Part shown: one piece after another, positions 29,650-38,771 of the stretch
Layout of the letters: every line of letters starts with the position of its first letter
Numbering within the stretch: position 1 is the first letter of the stretch
Origin: Enterobacteria phage GEC-3S
DNA: 64,000 nt
Sequence record: HE978309
Strand: one strand, 5' to 3'
Position numbers and translations under genes: made by a program
The notes under the pieces: model-generated
Seen by the model: the letters and a program-made list of their open reading frames with translations, nothing else
The model's database searches: none
Told to the model about the DNA's origin: nothing

Positions 29650-29908
29650 AAATCGCCCTCAGTTCTTTATAGCCTCCAATGTGCTCGTTGTCAATGAATA
29701 TCTGGGGGTATACATACCGGAGGCTCTTTGAGTTCAGCCTCCCCGCCAGTTCTTCAATCATATCACGGTCGGGAATAATGTCAACCCCGACCTGCTTGAA
29801 TACTGGTTTAAGTGTATACGGAATACCCAGATCATCCAGTAGCTTCATTGCACTAATACAACCATAACAATGATAAGCCTCTTTCGGTATACCGTATATC
29901 TCGATCAT
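29639..29908 (-). CDS. glutaredoxin-like protein (NrdH/NrdC family)
   Basis: 89 aa; CYGC redox motif and C-terminal PQIFID..HIGGY; ATGA overlap with upstream gene. Confidence 0.6.
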   Translation of the reverse strand: MIEIYGIPKEAYHCYGCISAMKLLDDLGIPYTLKPVFKQVGVDIIPDRDMIEELAGRLNSKSLRYVYPQIFIDNEHIGGYKELRAIYDY

Positions 29909-30381
29909 TTCTCAGCCTTTAATCTTTCTAGTTCTTCTTCCAGTTCCTTGATCCGTTGGTCACGTTCAAAGTCACGCTGTAACTTAGTGGCGAATACTCG
30001 TTTAAACTGATTGTAATCATCGATTTTAAACACTTCTTCTTCGCCATAGCGACGCACAGAAACTTCGTAGTTATTGAAGAATTGTTGCATCATTGCTTCG
30101 GATGATAGCTCTGCTGATACCACTTTAAAATATTGATCTTCTGTAGGCGAAAACCAATTACAAGCATAAAGATAAACCTTTTCATTGTCTGGGCACTGGT
30201 AAGCCTTACCATCGATTTCAATCACAGAAACATATTCAGGTATAGTAGATGAATCAATAGCTAAGACTTTAAACTGACGGTCCCCGATAAACTCAGAGAT
30301 CACACGATTCGCATCACTGGTTGCAAAGGCTTTACGCGCTTGTTCGTTTTTCCACTGATAGGTCATACCAACAACAAACAT
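29905..30381 (-). CDS. paralog family A protein (158 aa)
   Basis: start chosen at ATG 30381; N-domain motif GMTYQWK plus C-terminal coiled coil. Confidence 0.45.
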   Translation of the reverse strand: MFVVGMTYQWKNEQARKAFATSDANRVISEFIGDRQFKVLAIDSSTIPEYVSVIEIDGKAYQCPDNEKVYLYACNWFSPTEDQYFKVVSAELSSEAMMQQFFNNYEVSVRRYGEEEVFKIDDYNQFKRVFATKLQRDFERDQRIKELEEELERLKAEK

Positions 30382-30382
30382 A

Positions 30383-31207
30383 TTACCAACCTCGCTCTTT
30401 ACCAATCAAAAATTCAACTTCACGACGTTTAATGTCTTCTTGAAGGTCTTTAATCTTCTGGCGATCTTGCATGATTTCATCCATCTTGTCAAGTGCCGCA
30501 ATGAAATCATCGAAACGTTCAAAGGTTTTACCTTCATTTGCTTCGCCAAATTTAACCATTGTCAGGCCGTAACGACTACTAAACAGACGTTTCAACTGTC
30601 CAACGATTTTAGAATCAGTGGTTATAACTTCCAATTCTTCTACTTCACGAAAGAATTTTCTATCAGAATCAATAAACCAGCTAGTTCCTTTATGGTTACT
30701 ATCTTCGGTTGCACTCATTAGAGTATGGTCTTTACCATCAATTTCAATTACATCAATTTGCCCACATGGACGAACATTTTTAACAGTAAAAGGTCTATAA
30801 TTTATTGCTCGTGCAATAACATAATTAAGATTAGATACGTTTTCAGCATAATGACAGAAGTCGGTCATAGCCTTATCATCTTTCCAAGTATAAGTTTTAC
30901 CAACTTCCCATTTCTGGGGAACTTCTTCAACTTCACGAAAGAATTTTCTATCAAATGGACTAAAGAAATATGTTGCAGTCCAAATGTCTTTTCCTGTAGC
31001 AGTTTTCGCCGTATGATAAACACCGTCTAGCTCTATTGCATCAATCCAACCGTTACCCTCGATCTCGATGATGGTAAATGGCTTGTCACCAATAGCTGCA
31101 CTAATATCGCTGTTAAGTGGAGAAAGAACACCTTCTCCGTTAGTAATAAACTCAGTTTTAGCGTTTACATCTTTCCAAGTGTAAGTTTTACCAATTTCCC
31201 ATTTCAT
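30383..31207 (-). CDS. paralog family A protein with internal tandem duplication (274 aa)
   Basis: ATG with SD AAGGGGA; two copies of W-E-x-GKTYTWKD ... DRKFFREVEE module. Confidence 0.55.
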   Translation of the reverse strand: MKWEIGKTYTWKDVNAKTEFITNGEGVLSPLNSDISAAIGDKPFTIIEIEGNGWIDAIELDGVYHTAKTATGKDIWTATYFFSPFDRKFFREVEEVPQKWEVGKTYTWKDDKAMTDFCHYAENVSNLNYVIARAINYRPFTVKNVRPCGQIDVIEIDGKDHTLMSATEDSNHKGTSWFIDSDRKFFREVEELEVITTDSKIVGQLKRLFSSRYGLTMVKFGEANEGKTFERFDDFIAALDKMDEIMQDRQKIKDLQEDIKRREVEFLIGKERGW

Positions 31208-31219
31208 AATATATTCCCC

Positions 31220-31705
31220 TTAACCGATTTTATCAAGTTCGTTTAATGCTTTCTCAGCTTCCTGTATAGCTTGCACTCTTTCCGGCATTTTGTCAAGAAA
31301 ATCTTTCAACTCTTCAAAACTGGAGATATGACGCAAGGCATTAGCACCGATAGCCGCATGTGATTTGCATTCAAAGCGAATTTTATAATTATCCATAGCC
31401 AATTTGAGAAGGTCTATTAGATCATATTCACGACCAGGCAATAAAACTTCTTTGAAGCACGCTCGGTCGCCATCGGAAAACCATATATTATCACCAACAT
31501 CGATAGAACTAATATAATCCCCTTCGTGATTATAGATTGAACGTACATTACCCCAACGGTCTACAGTAGCGACAGTAAATGGTTTATCTAGATATGTAAA
31601 CACACCATCAATATTAGGTTTTTGTTCGTAACGCCAACAATCACGCAAAATACGCTTTTCGTACTCACCAACCAACTTATATGTCTTCCCTTCTTCCCAT
31701 TTCAT
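31220..31705 (-). CDS. paralog family A protein (161 aa)
   Basis: start chosen at ATG 31705 (MKWEEGKTY...). Confidence 0.5.
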   Translation of the reverse strand: MKWEEGKTYKLVGEYEKRILRDCWRYEQKPNIDGVFTYLDKPFTVATVDRWGNVRSIYNHEGDYISSIDVGDNIWFSDGDRACFKEVLLPGREYDLIDLLKLAMDNYKIRFECKSHAAIGANALRHISSFEELKDFLDKMPERVQAIQEAEKALNELDKIG

Positions 31706-31709
31706 AATA

Positions 31710-32237
31710 TCATCTCTCATTTTTGATACGTGATTCTAATTGGATCATACGGTCGCGCGTTTGCTTATATTCTCGGATATCACCGATCCGGCTAGGCATA
31801 CCATCCAGTACGCTCTTAATCCCTTCTAGGGTAGTGATTTTAGCAATACTATTATGCAATCCCATCTTATCGATTAACTGAATGTCGTAGGCTTCCATAA
31901 GCAGACCCAGACGTTCTAAAGTTAGGTCTTCTTCTTTTTCTTCCGATTCTGGAATCTTAGGTTCAATAGTAACTTCGGTAAAGAAACGACGCTCGCCCGA
32001 CCAAAACCACACACCGGAACAGCCAATAGGGGATTCTTTTAACGTCATAGAGTCGTAACCACTGCCGATAATAGTAATTTCTCTAACATCACCATCATCG
32101 TCAATGTCTTCTACCCTAAACGGGCGACCAGCCAACAGGTCAACAATACATCTGTTAATAGACGACGAAAATTTAGTCAGTTCGGCTTTCGACGCTTCGC
32201 ATTCAATCTTGTAAGTTTTACCAACTTCCCATTCCAT
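31710..32237 (-). CDS. paralog family A protein (175 aa)
   Basis: start at ATG 32237 (MEWEVGKTY...) with SD GAGGTGA. Confidence 0.5.
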   Translation of the reverse strand: MEWEVGKTYKIECEASKAELTKFSSSINRCIVDLLAGRPFRVEDIDDDGDVREITIIGSGYDSMTLKESPIGCSGVWFWSGERRFFTEVTIEPKIPESEEKEEDLTLERLGLLMEAYDIQLIDKMGLHNSIAKITTLEGIKSVLDGMPSRIGDIREYKQTRDRMIQLESRIKNER

Positions 32238-32247
32238 AATAATCACC

Positions 32248-32751
32248 TCAAATAATTTTCACTGGAATACTATTAACAATCTTGTATTGTACTTGATTGT
32301 CAGACCCCCGCCACGGCTTCTTCGTTGGCATATCTTTAATATAACGACCATCGATGAACATGTCAACTGATTCTACAATTTTTCTTTGCTCATCATTCAA
32401 TTGGTCAAGGGTATAACCAGACCATAGCCAAATATCTTTATTTGGCATCCATGATTTTACTTCATCGATGATCCGCTGTACACCCTTTAAATTGCGTTTA
32501 TACAGTGGATCGCCACCTAAGAATGTTAGCCCCTGAATAAAATCAGGTCTAAGCAGATCCAGAATCAATCCCATTGTATCATCGGTGAATGGTTTCCCGT
32601 TCTTAGGATTGAGTATACTGGAATTAAAGCAACCATCACATGCGTGTGAACATCCGGTAACGTAAAGGGAGACTCTCACTCCCTCACCGTTAACCATATC
32701 ACAATCTTTAATATCGGCATAGCGTAGTTTGCCGTATGTATCAGAACTCAT
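32248..32751 (-). CDS. nrdG: anaerobic ribonucleotide reductase activating protein (radical SAM)
   Basis: CSHACDGC (CX3CX2C) cluster; start at ATG 32751; T4 synteny next to nrdD. Confidence 0.85.
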   Translation of the reverse strand: MSSDTYGKLRYADIKDCDMVNGEGVRVSLYVTGCSHACDGCFNSSILNPKNGKPFTDDTMGLILDLLRPDFIQGLTFLGGDPLYKRNLKGVQRIIDEVKSWMPNKDIWLWSGYTLDQLNDEQRKIVESVDMFIDGRYIKDMPTKKPWRGSDNQVQYKIVNSIPVKII

Positions 32752-32893
32752 ATTCAATTACCCCGAACTCGTTTACAATCTGCGCTTTATAGTAACCACC
32801 GCGAGATGCCAATAGATAAGCTGGGCTTAGGTATTCGTATTCACGGATTTCTACTTGTGCGTTTTCAGTTTCCCAAATCAGTAAAGTCCACAT
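32741..32893 (-). CDS. possible small protein (50 aa)
   Basis: hand-read ORF with strong SD AGGAGAATCAAAT, ATGA-coupled to nrdG; downstream of promoter 32936-32964. Confidence 0.3.
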   Translation of the reverse strand: MWTLLIWETENAQVEIREYEYLSPAYLLASRGGYYKAQIVNEFGVIEYEF

Positions 32894-32935
32894 ATTTGAT
32901 TCTCCTGTAAAGTTGTATCTCGTCTTGATGAATAT

Positions 32936-32964
32936 AGTATAGGGGATCTCGCGATCCCCGTCAA
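32936..32964 (-). promoter_or_regulatory. early promoter (TTGACG-N17-TATACT); spacer is palindrome GGGGATC-GCGA-GATCCCC
   Basis: minus-strand read. Confidence 0.5.
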
Positions 32965-32968
32965 GCGT

Positions 32969-33496
32969 TTATTTTAAATTTTTTCGAATGTATTCAGACC
33001 ATTCCTTCCCTGTCATTTCGGACCCGTTCTGGAAACTGAAATATTCATACGGCATCGAGTCAAGATAAAACAGGATCATACATCGCGCCATATAATACCA
33101 ATCACGATTAAAGTAAACTACGTTATCACCAGTACCATCAACCCCTTTATCATAACCATCGCGGGTACGGGCAACCCATTGAATAGTATCATTTTTCTCA
33201 CGGATAGTAACAGGTTCCCAATATCCAGCACATCCAGCATGACCACACGAACAAGTAAGGAAATATTGTCCTTTTGCTTTGTTGTCATCCCATTCACGAT
33301 GGATTGGTTCGATCTCGTGAAACAGTGCCAAACAATCATGATTATGCAACACTGGCTTACCATCAATCAATGCATGGAATGTATACAAACGACCAGTAGA
33401 CAAATAGCTATCCTCACGCTCAACCAGTTCAATAGCAATCTTTTTAGCTCGTTCTTTGTGTCGCTGTGCTTTACGCTTACGGTTTAATGATTTCAT
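32969..33496 (-). CDS. hypothetical protein (175 aa)
   Basis: start at ATG 33496 with SD GAGGTGA. Confidence 0.5.
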   Translation of the reverse strand: MKSLNRKRKAQRHKERAKKIAIELVEREDSYLSTGRLYTFHALIDGKPVLHNHDCLALFHEIEPIHREWDDNKAKGQYFLTCSCGHAGCAGYWEPVTIREKNDTIQWVARTRDGYDKGVDGTGDNVVYFNRDWYYMARCMILFYLDSMPYEYFSFQNGSEMTGKEWSEYIRKNLK

Positions 33497-33513
33497 ATTC
33501 ACCTCACACATTA

Positions 33514-34059
33514 TCAAATGTCGCGATATAGTACATTATGAAAATGAGAACTTGCATTACCAATATTGTAGATAATAAATTCTTCATCCGGCGCTTGCGC
33601 TACAAATTGAGTATGAGCAACCGCCACAACCTTAAAAATACGATCCGTGATCTTGTGTTTAATTTCTGCTCCTACTTCCATAGGAACATATTCATTTGTT
33701 TCTGTTTCAGTCGCAAAACAGCCATCTTCTTCATAAGCACGAACAAATCGATCGCAATCAGTACGCTTAACAAATTCAAGAGTATACAATTCTCGCGAAT
33801 TGTCGGTATAGACCAATACAGAATTATTCTGATAGCGAATCACATACAGGTTATTATCATCGTCAATTACGCAAAAGCTACGGATTTGTGTTCCTTCTCC
33901 TTTACTCCAGCAGATATTAACCACCGTTCCTCTAATAAAAAAACTTTCCTTTAAATTAAAACTAGCCAATGTGCTAGCGTGCATTTTAACAACAACACCA
34001 TCGCCAATTTCCAGTTTACGAAGTTTAACTTCTTTGCTCAGTACACAAAACATCATCAT
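33514..34059 (-). CDS. hypothetical protein (181 aa)
   Basis: three consecutive ATGs after SD GAGAGGA. Confidence 0.5.
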   Translation of the reverse strand: MMMFCVLSKEVKLRKLEIGDGVVVKMHASTLASFNLKESFFIRGTVVNICWSKGEGTQIRSFCVIDDDNNLYVIRYQNNSVLVYTDNSRELYTLEFVKRTDCDRFVRAYEEDGCFATETETNEYVPMEVGAEIKHKITDRIFKVVAVAHTQFVAQAPDEEFIIYNIGNASSHFHNVLYRDI

Positions 34060-34091
34060 TATGTTGTCCTCTCGTTGTTTTCGATGTGAGC

Positions 34092-34119
34092 ATTATACAT
34101 TAGCTAATCATGTTGTCAA
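34092..34119 (-). promoter_or_regulatory. early promoter (TTGACA-N16-TATAAT)
   Basis: directly downstream of terminator 34137-34156. Confidence 0.5.
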
Positions 34120-34136
34120 CACCCCAAAACGAAAAA

Positions 34137-34156
34137 GCCGACCCTTTCGGATCGGC
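34137..34156 (-). terminator. intrinsic terminator after nrdD
   Basis: GCCGAUCC-GAAA-GGGUCGGC then UUUUUCGUUUU on minus strand. Confidence 0.55.
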
Positions 34157-34162
34157 TGAAAA

Positions 34163-36025
34163 TTACATGTGCTTAACGCGGTTTACCATCTCGGAGTGTT
34201 TCCCGTGGTTGAATGGACGCAGATCAACAGATCCAAGATATCCACTAACGCGACGGATAACATTCATCTTTTCCAGATTGTCATTGCCGCAATCAGGGCA
34301 AACAAAACCAGACTCGGTCGCTCTCATTTCCTTAGTAGATCCGCATACATGACATACATCAGAAGGAGTATTAACACCGAAGTAGTGCAATTTATCCATT
34401 GCATAGTCTACTACAGTTTCAAGACCTTTCAGGTTGTTTTTCATGTCTGGGAACTCAACATAAGAGATCATGCCCCCGGACGCCAGCCAGTGATAATCTT
34501 TCTCAAAGTCGATTTTCTCAAATGGAGTGACTTTCCGGTCTACGTCAAGGTGGAATGAGTTGGTGTACCAGTCTTTATCGGTAGCACCCTTAACAATACC
34601 AAATTGCTCTCGGTCCAGTCGATTAAATCGATAGCAAAGGCTCTCGGCTGGCGTACCGTAAAGACTAAACCCAAGTCCAGTTTCGTCCTTCCATTTTTCA
34701 GTATAATGACGCAAGATCTTAAGAATATGTTTACCGTATCGCTGCGCAACTTCCGAATCAAACGGATGAACACCAAACAGGACGCTCAATACCTCATGTA
34801 AACCAATATATCCAAGAGAGATACTAGCTCGACCATCTTTCAACACTTCCAAAATTTCATCGTTTTGATGAATACGGAAAAATGCACCTTCGGTATACAG
34901 TACAGGAGCAACATTGGCTTTAGCCCCTTTTAAAGCGTCTACGCGACTCATGAGCGCATCAAAGCAAATAGGCAGACGATTAGCTAGCTCTTGTTCGAAT
35001 AGCTCAATTCTGCGCATTACAGACGCTTTACCAGCACGACGCGCGGCAATAAGGGCAATACGCGGAAGATTCAGAGTAACAACACCTAAGTTATTACGTC
35101 CGTCTAATACTTCTTCGCCTTTCTCATTATGCCACACACCCAGGAAGCTACGACAACCCATCGGGCTAACCGGAACACTAGATCCAGTGATACTACGGTT
35201 ATTCTTTGCAGAGATATAATCAGGGTAAAGACGCTTACTAGAACATTCCAATGCAAGTTGCTTAATGTCGTAGTTCGGATCTTCCGGTTTAAGGTTTAAT
35301 CCTTCTTCTAAGAACATCACCAGCTTAGGAAACACCGGAGTGATACCATCTTTACCTAAACCTTTAGTTCGAACTTTCAGGATCGCTTTCTGAATCAGTT
35401 TTTCTTCCCAGCTAGTACCCATACCAAATGTTAAAGTCACAAAAGGTGTTTGACCGTTGGTGGAGAACAAAGTGTTGATTTCATATTCTAACGCTTGATA
35501 CCCGTCTAGCGTTTCTTTTTCTGTCTTCTCTTGTGCATAGAGAGTATCAGCTTTGATTCCGTAGGTTTCGGCATCAGCAAGGTGTTTATGATATGTTTTC
35601 TCAACATACGGTGCTAACACCTGATCGATGTTTGCAATTGTGGTCCCGCCATATTGATGACTTGCCACCTGTGCGATAATTTGAGCGGTTACAGCACAAG
35701 CAACGCCGATTGATTTCGGACTTTCGATTTGTGCGCTACCCAATTTAAAACCATTCTCTAGCATGTCTTTTAGATTAACAAGACAGCAGTTAGTAAACGG
35801 CATAGCGGGTGCATAATCCATATCATGATAATGAATATCACCGTCTACATGCGCTTTATAGATGTGCTCAGGTAACACGGTTTTAGCAATCTGTTTAGAC
35901 ACAGCGCCAGCAATCAGATCTCGACGTGTCGGGAATGTTCGCGCGTCTTTGTTCGCGTTCTCTTTGCTTACTTCGTTTTCTTTACCCGTTGCGATCTCTG
36001 TAATGTCTTTGATTAGTTTTTCCAT
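34163..36025 (-). CDS. nrdD: anaerobic ribonucleoside-triphosphate reductase
   Basis: 620 aa; C-terminal glycyl-radical motif RVSGYLG and zinc ribbon CHVCG...CPDCG; ORF is continuous, no intron. Confidence 0.95.
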   Translation of the reverse strand: MEKLIKDITEIATGKENEVSKENANKDARTFPTRRDLIAGAVSKQIAKTVLPEHIYKAHVDGDIHYHDMDYAPAMPFTNCCLVNLKDMLENGFKLGSAQIESPKSIGVACAVTAQIIAQVASHQYGGTTIANIDQVLAPYVEKTYHKHLADAETYGIKADTLYAQEKTEKETLDGYQALEYEINTLFSTNGQTPFVTLTFGMGTSWEEKLIQKAILKVRTKGLGKDGITPVFPKLVMFLEEGLNLKPEDPNYDIKQLALECSSKRLYPDYISAKNNRSITGSSVPVSPMGCRSFLGVWHNEKGEEVLDGRNNLGVVTLNLPRIALIAARRAGKASVMRRIELFEQELANRLPICFDALMSRVDALKGAKANVAPVLYTEGAFFRIHQNDEILEVLKDGRASISLGYIGLHEVLSVLFGVHPFDSEVAQRYGKHILKILRHYTEKWKDETGLGFSLYGTPAESLCYRFNRLDREQFGIVKGATDKDWYTNSFHLDVDRKVTPFEKIDFEKDYHWLASGGMISYVEFPDMKNNLKGLETVVDYAMDKLHYFGVNTPSDVCHVCGSTKEMRATESGFVCPDCGNDNLEKMNVIRRVSGYLGSVDLRPFNHGKHSEMVNRVKHM

Positions 36026-36043
36026 TGTATCACCTATGAAAAA

Positions 36044-36060
36044 GCGGGATTTTCTCCCGC
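36044..36060 (-). terminator. intrinsic terminator
   Basis: GCGGGA-GAAAA-UCCCGC + UUUUUC on minus strand, just upstream of nrdD SD. Confidence 0.55.
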
Positions 36061-36070
36061 TCGTTGATAG

Positions 36071-36565
36071 TTATTTTACCAGTTCTGCTAATTCTTTTTC
36101 TTTAGCTTCCAGTTCAGCCTTAAGCTGTTTAATCTCTTGTCGCTTCTTATTAGCGGCTTCTTGCTTACTATTTCGGATAACCTGATCTAGATACAACTCC
36201 CAATCCTGAATATTTTTGATAATATAACCGTCAACATTAATTGGTCGGATATTTAGTACAGCTTCCAGTTTAGTCGCAAAAACTTTAATTGCTGGGGTGA
36301 AGTATTCATATTCGTTATCTTCAAACCAATAACCTAGACTTGCATTATCAATACGAAGACGAAGTTCAAGATCAAGGTCTTTATCTTCGGTGTAAAGATC
36401 TTTCACCTGACCCAGCGAACTAACAACAACTTTAAAACGAATTTTATCTACACCACCAAACACATCAGTAAGTATACCAGCAATTGAGCTATTAGCGCAA
36501 GATTGGTCGCTGAATGCGTCAAGGTTTTCTTTAGTTACAGTATACCAAACATCTTGTACCCACAT
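36071..36565 (-). CDS. hypothetical protein with C-terminal coiled coil (164 aa)
   Basis: ATG with SD GAGAGGATTATATT. Confidence 0.5.
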   Translation of the reverse strand: MWVQDVWYTVTKENLDAFSDQSCANSSIAGILTDVFGGVDKIRFKVVVSSLGQVKDLYTEDKDLDLELRLRIDNASLGYWFEDNEYEYFTPAIKVFATKLEAVLNIRPINVDGYIIKNIQDWELYLDQVIRNSKQEAANKKRQEIKQLKAELEAKEKELAELVK

Positions 36566-36595
36566 AATATAATCCTCTCGTTGTTAAGTGGGAGT

Positions 36596-36623
36596 ATTAT
36601 AGCATACTCCCTTCGCATGTCAA
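36596..36623 (-). promoter_or_regulatory. early promoter (TTGACA-N16-TATAAT); -10 inside GGGAGTA/TACTCCC palindrome
   Basis: minus-strand read. Confidence 0.55.
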
Positions 36624-37798
36624 GCACTAACTTTTTTCTTTACTGCTTTCACCTTCTGGCGAATTGCTCGAATCTCTTCGATCTCTTTTTCAGTATCTTT
36701 AACAATTTCTTTGCGATTCTGAATATCTTTATCGAGATTATCATCAAGTTTAGGCAGCATGTCAATCAAGAACTTTTTAAGGTCTTTCAGGTTGCGAATA
36801 ACAGTACCTTCACCCATTACCGCCACGCCTACACCATCCGGCAGATCACCAAACAGTTTAACCAGTTCAGACAGATGATCATGATCTTCTAGTGCTTCTT
36901 CCGGTTCAGATGGCAGTTCAACAAAGTAATAACGTTCATCATTGCTGATCAGGTGATACCAGCAAAGCCCAAAAGATTTAGGAGTATATTCTACACCACC
37001 AACTTCAACTGCGTCAACACTTCCGAAAGAATCTACTTTAGTTACCTTAAATCCATGTTCCAGCGTTTTAATAATTTCAATAACATGACTGGATACGGTT
37101 TCAGTATTAAACCAATGAGGCAAATTATGTGGATTTGGCTTGTATCGTTCGCCTACTTTAAATCTCTGACCACGCTCTTGCATACGGACATATTCAACTC
37201 GCGTGATTTCCGCGAAGTATTCAAATTCGCTACCGTCAAACAAGCAATTCCATTGATCACAAAAACGATCCGCCTTGACGGTTTCACCTTTCGCGGTGAT
37301 CATGGTAGCTGATCCGTGCAATTCTTCTTCAACTAAAAAGCCATATTCTACAAAATCAACAAGTTTCATGGCTTCTTTGTGCTCTGGGTCATGCTCTCCC
37401 CAGAATCGCTTAAATTCTTGCAAACCTTCTGGGGTAAACGAATAACATTTACCTTTTTCAAAGTAAGTCGGCATTGCATCCTCTTTCTTGTTCATCGCTT
37501 CGTATGCCTCTTTTGAGATACGTTTAAAGTATTTGCGCTCATTGTGCATAATCATAGTAGCCCAATAATAAACGATATCCTCAGCGGAATAAACTACATC
37601 TCCAGCTTCAATAGTAATAACATGACCGTTGTCATCTTTTTCTAATACTTTAAAGCCCTTTTCTACGATTTCAGCAACCCGAATATGACCACGGCGCGAA
37701 GCATCGGTCAGAATAATTGAATAGCGAGAAAAGTCTAGAAACTCATCTTTACCACCTTCACGGAATGCATAGTAATGACCTTCAAAGAATTTAGCCAT
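36620..37798 (-). CDS. paralog family B protein (392 aa, multi-module)
   Basis: ATG with SD; repeated GFKVL...ERKYFKRI-type modules. Confidence 0.55.
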   Translation of the reverse strand: MAKFFEGHYYAFREGGKDEFLDFSRYSIILTDASRRGHIRVAEIVEKGFKVLEKDDNGHVITIEAGDVVYSAEDIVYYWATMIMHNERKYFKRISKEAYEAMNKKEDAMPTYFEKGKCYSFTPEGLQEFKRFWGEHDPEHKEAMKLVDFVEYGFLVEEELHGSATMITAKGETVKADRFCDQWNCLFDGSEFEYFAEITRVEYVRMQERGQRFKVGERYKPNPHNLPHWFNTETVSSHVIEIIKTLEHGFKVTKVDSFGSVDAVEVGGVEYTPKSFGLCWYHLISNDERYYFVELPSEPEEALEDHDHLSELVKLFGDLPDGVGVAVMGEGTVIRNLKDLKKFLIDMLPKLDDNLDKDIQNRKEIVKDTEKEIEEIRAIRQKVKAVKKKVSA

Positions 37799-37829
37799 AA
37801 TATAATCCTCTCGTTGTTTAGATGGGAGT

Positions 37830-37858
37830 ATCTTACTACTCCCGTTTCATCATGTCAA
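37830..37858 (-). promoter_or_regulatory. early promoter (TTGACA-N17-TAAGAT) inside GGGAGTAG/ACTCCC palindrome
   Basis: minus-strand read. Confidence 0.5.
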
Positions 37859-38421
37859 GCGTTAAATGACTTTTGGATCTCTTTCAGTTCAGCTACTTTA
37901 TAGGCGCTGAATTTAGCGTAGGTATCATGTCGAATAATTTCACTTTCAAGAAAGGTTTCCAGCCGAGATCTATTTTCAATAAGGAACTCTTTCAGGTCTT
38001 CCGCGTTCTTGATAAAGATTTTATTGTCAGTAATGTCATCTTCAATCGCAAAGGAGATAGAGCGAACTTTACCAAACAAGTTAATCAGATCTTCCAGAGA
38101 TTCTTCTTTCTTAACTGGTTTCATTTCTTCAAACTGCTTTTTAGTGATGCGTTTAAAGTATTTGCGCTCGTTTGCAGCAATCAGAACAGATGCACCTTCA
38201 TACCCATGAGTTTCTACCAGATACACACGCCCCATCGCATCAACAGTGAGAACTTTAAAGCCGTTACAAAGCACGTCATACAAGAACTTATTATGTTGCG
38301 GACATCGTTTGATAAATTCTGCGGCTGTTTCTGCACTACGGAAAGTATAGTAACGACCTCGTTCAAAAACAGCATCATTTGAAGACTTAGCCGGATACAC
38401 TTTATACATTTTCTGTACCAT
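37855..38421 (-). CDS. paralog family B protein (188 aa)
   Basis: start at ATG 38421 with SD GAGGATTATATT; motif NERKYFKRITKKQFEEM. Confidence 0.5.
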   Translation of the reverse strand: MVQKMYKVYPAKSSNDAVFERGRYYTFRSAETAAEFIKRCPQHNKFLYDVLCNGFKVLTVDAMGRVYLVETHGYEGASVLIAANERKYFKRITKKQFEEMKPVKKEESLEDLINLFGKVRSISFAIEDDITDNKIFIKNAEDLKEFLIENRSRLETFLESEIIRHDTYAKFSAYKVAELKEIQKSFNA

Positions 38422-38435
38422 AATATAATCCTCTA

Positions 38436-38708
38436 TCATTTCACTAATTGAACAGCACGAAACAGAATGCGGTCACACGGAAGCAGCATAAATTCCCAAC
38501 GCGGATCAAAGTCTTTAGCGGTATATGTTTTCCCATCAACCGAGATTTCACTTACATAACCAATAGGTGACACTTTAAGAACAGTAAATCCATTCTTGAT
38601 TGCTTCGTAGGTATCTTTCAGACCTTCGTAGTCGTCCTCTAAGAAGTCTTTATGTGCTTGCTCAGATTTAAAAACATAGGCCACACCGGATTTAAACATC
38701 TTACGCAT
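38436..38708 (-). CDS. paralog family B protein (90 aa)
   Basis: start at ATG 38708 with SD AAGGAGAATCAACA; track extension overlaps promoter. Confidence 0.45.
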   Translation of the reverse strand: MRKMFKSGVAYVFKSEQAHKDFLEDDYEGLKDTYEAIKNGFTVLKVSPIGYVSEISVDGKTYTAKDFDPRWEFMLLPCDRILFRAVQLVK

Positions 38709-38739
38709 TGTTGATTCTCCTTCTTGATTAGATGGGAGC

Positions 38740-38768
38740 ATTTTACTACTCCCATTTCTTATTGTCAA
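38740..38768 (-). promoter_or_regulatory. early promoter (TTGACA-N17-TAAAAT) inside GGGAGTAG/GCTCCC palindrome
   Basis: minus-strand read. Confidence 0.5.
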
Positions 38769-38771
38769 CTA

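Noticed and set aside
34163-36025. Group I intron or intein in nrdD, gp43 or gp39
   Set aside because: All three are single uninterrupted ORFs with conserved motifs in order; no internal stop-rich structured insert.
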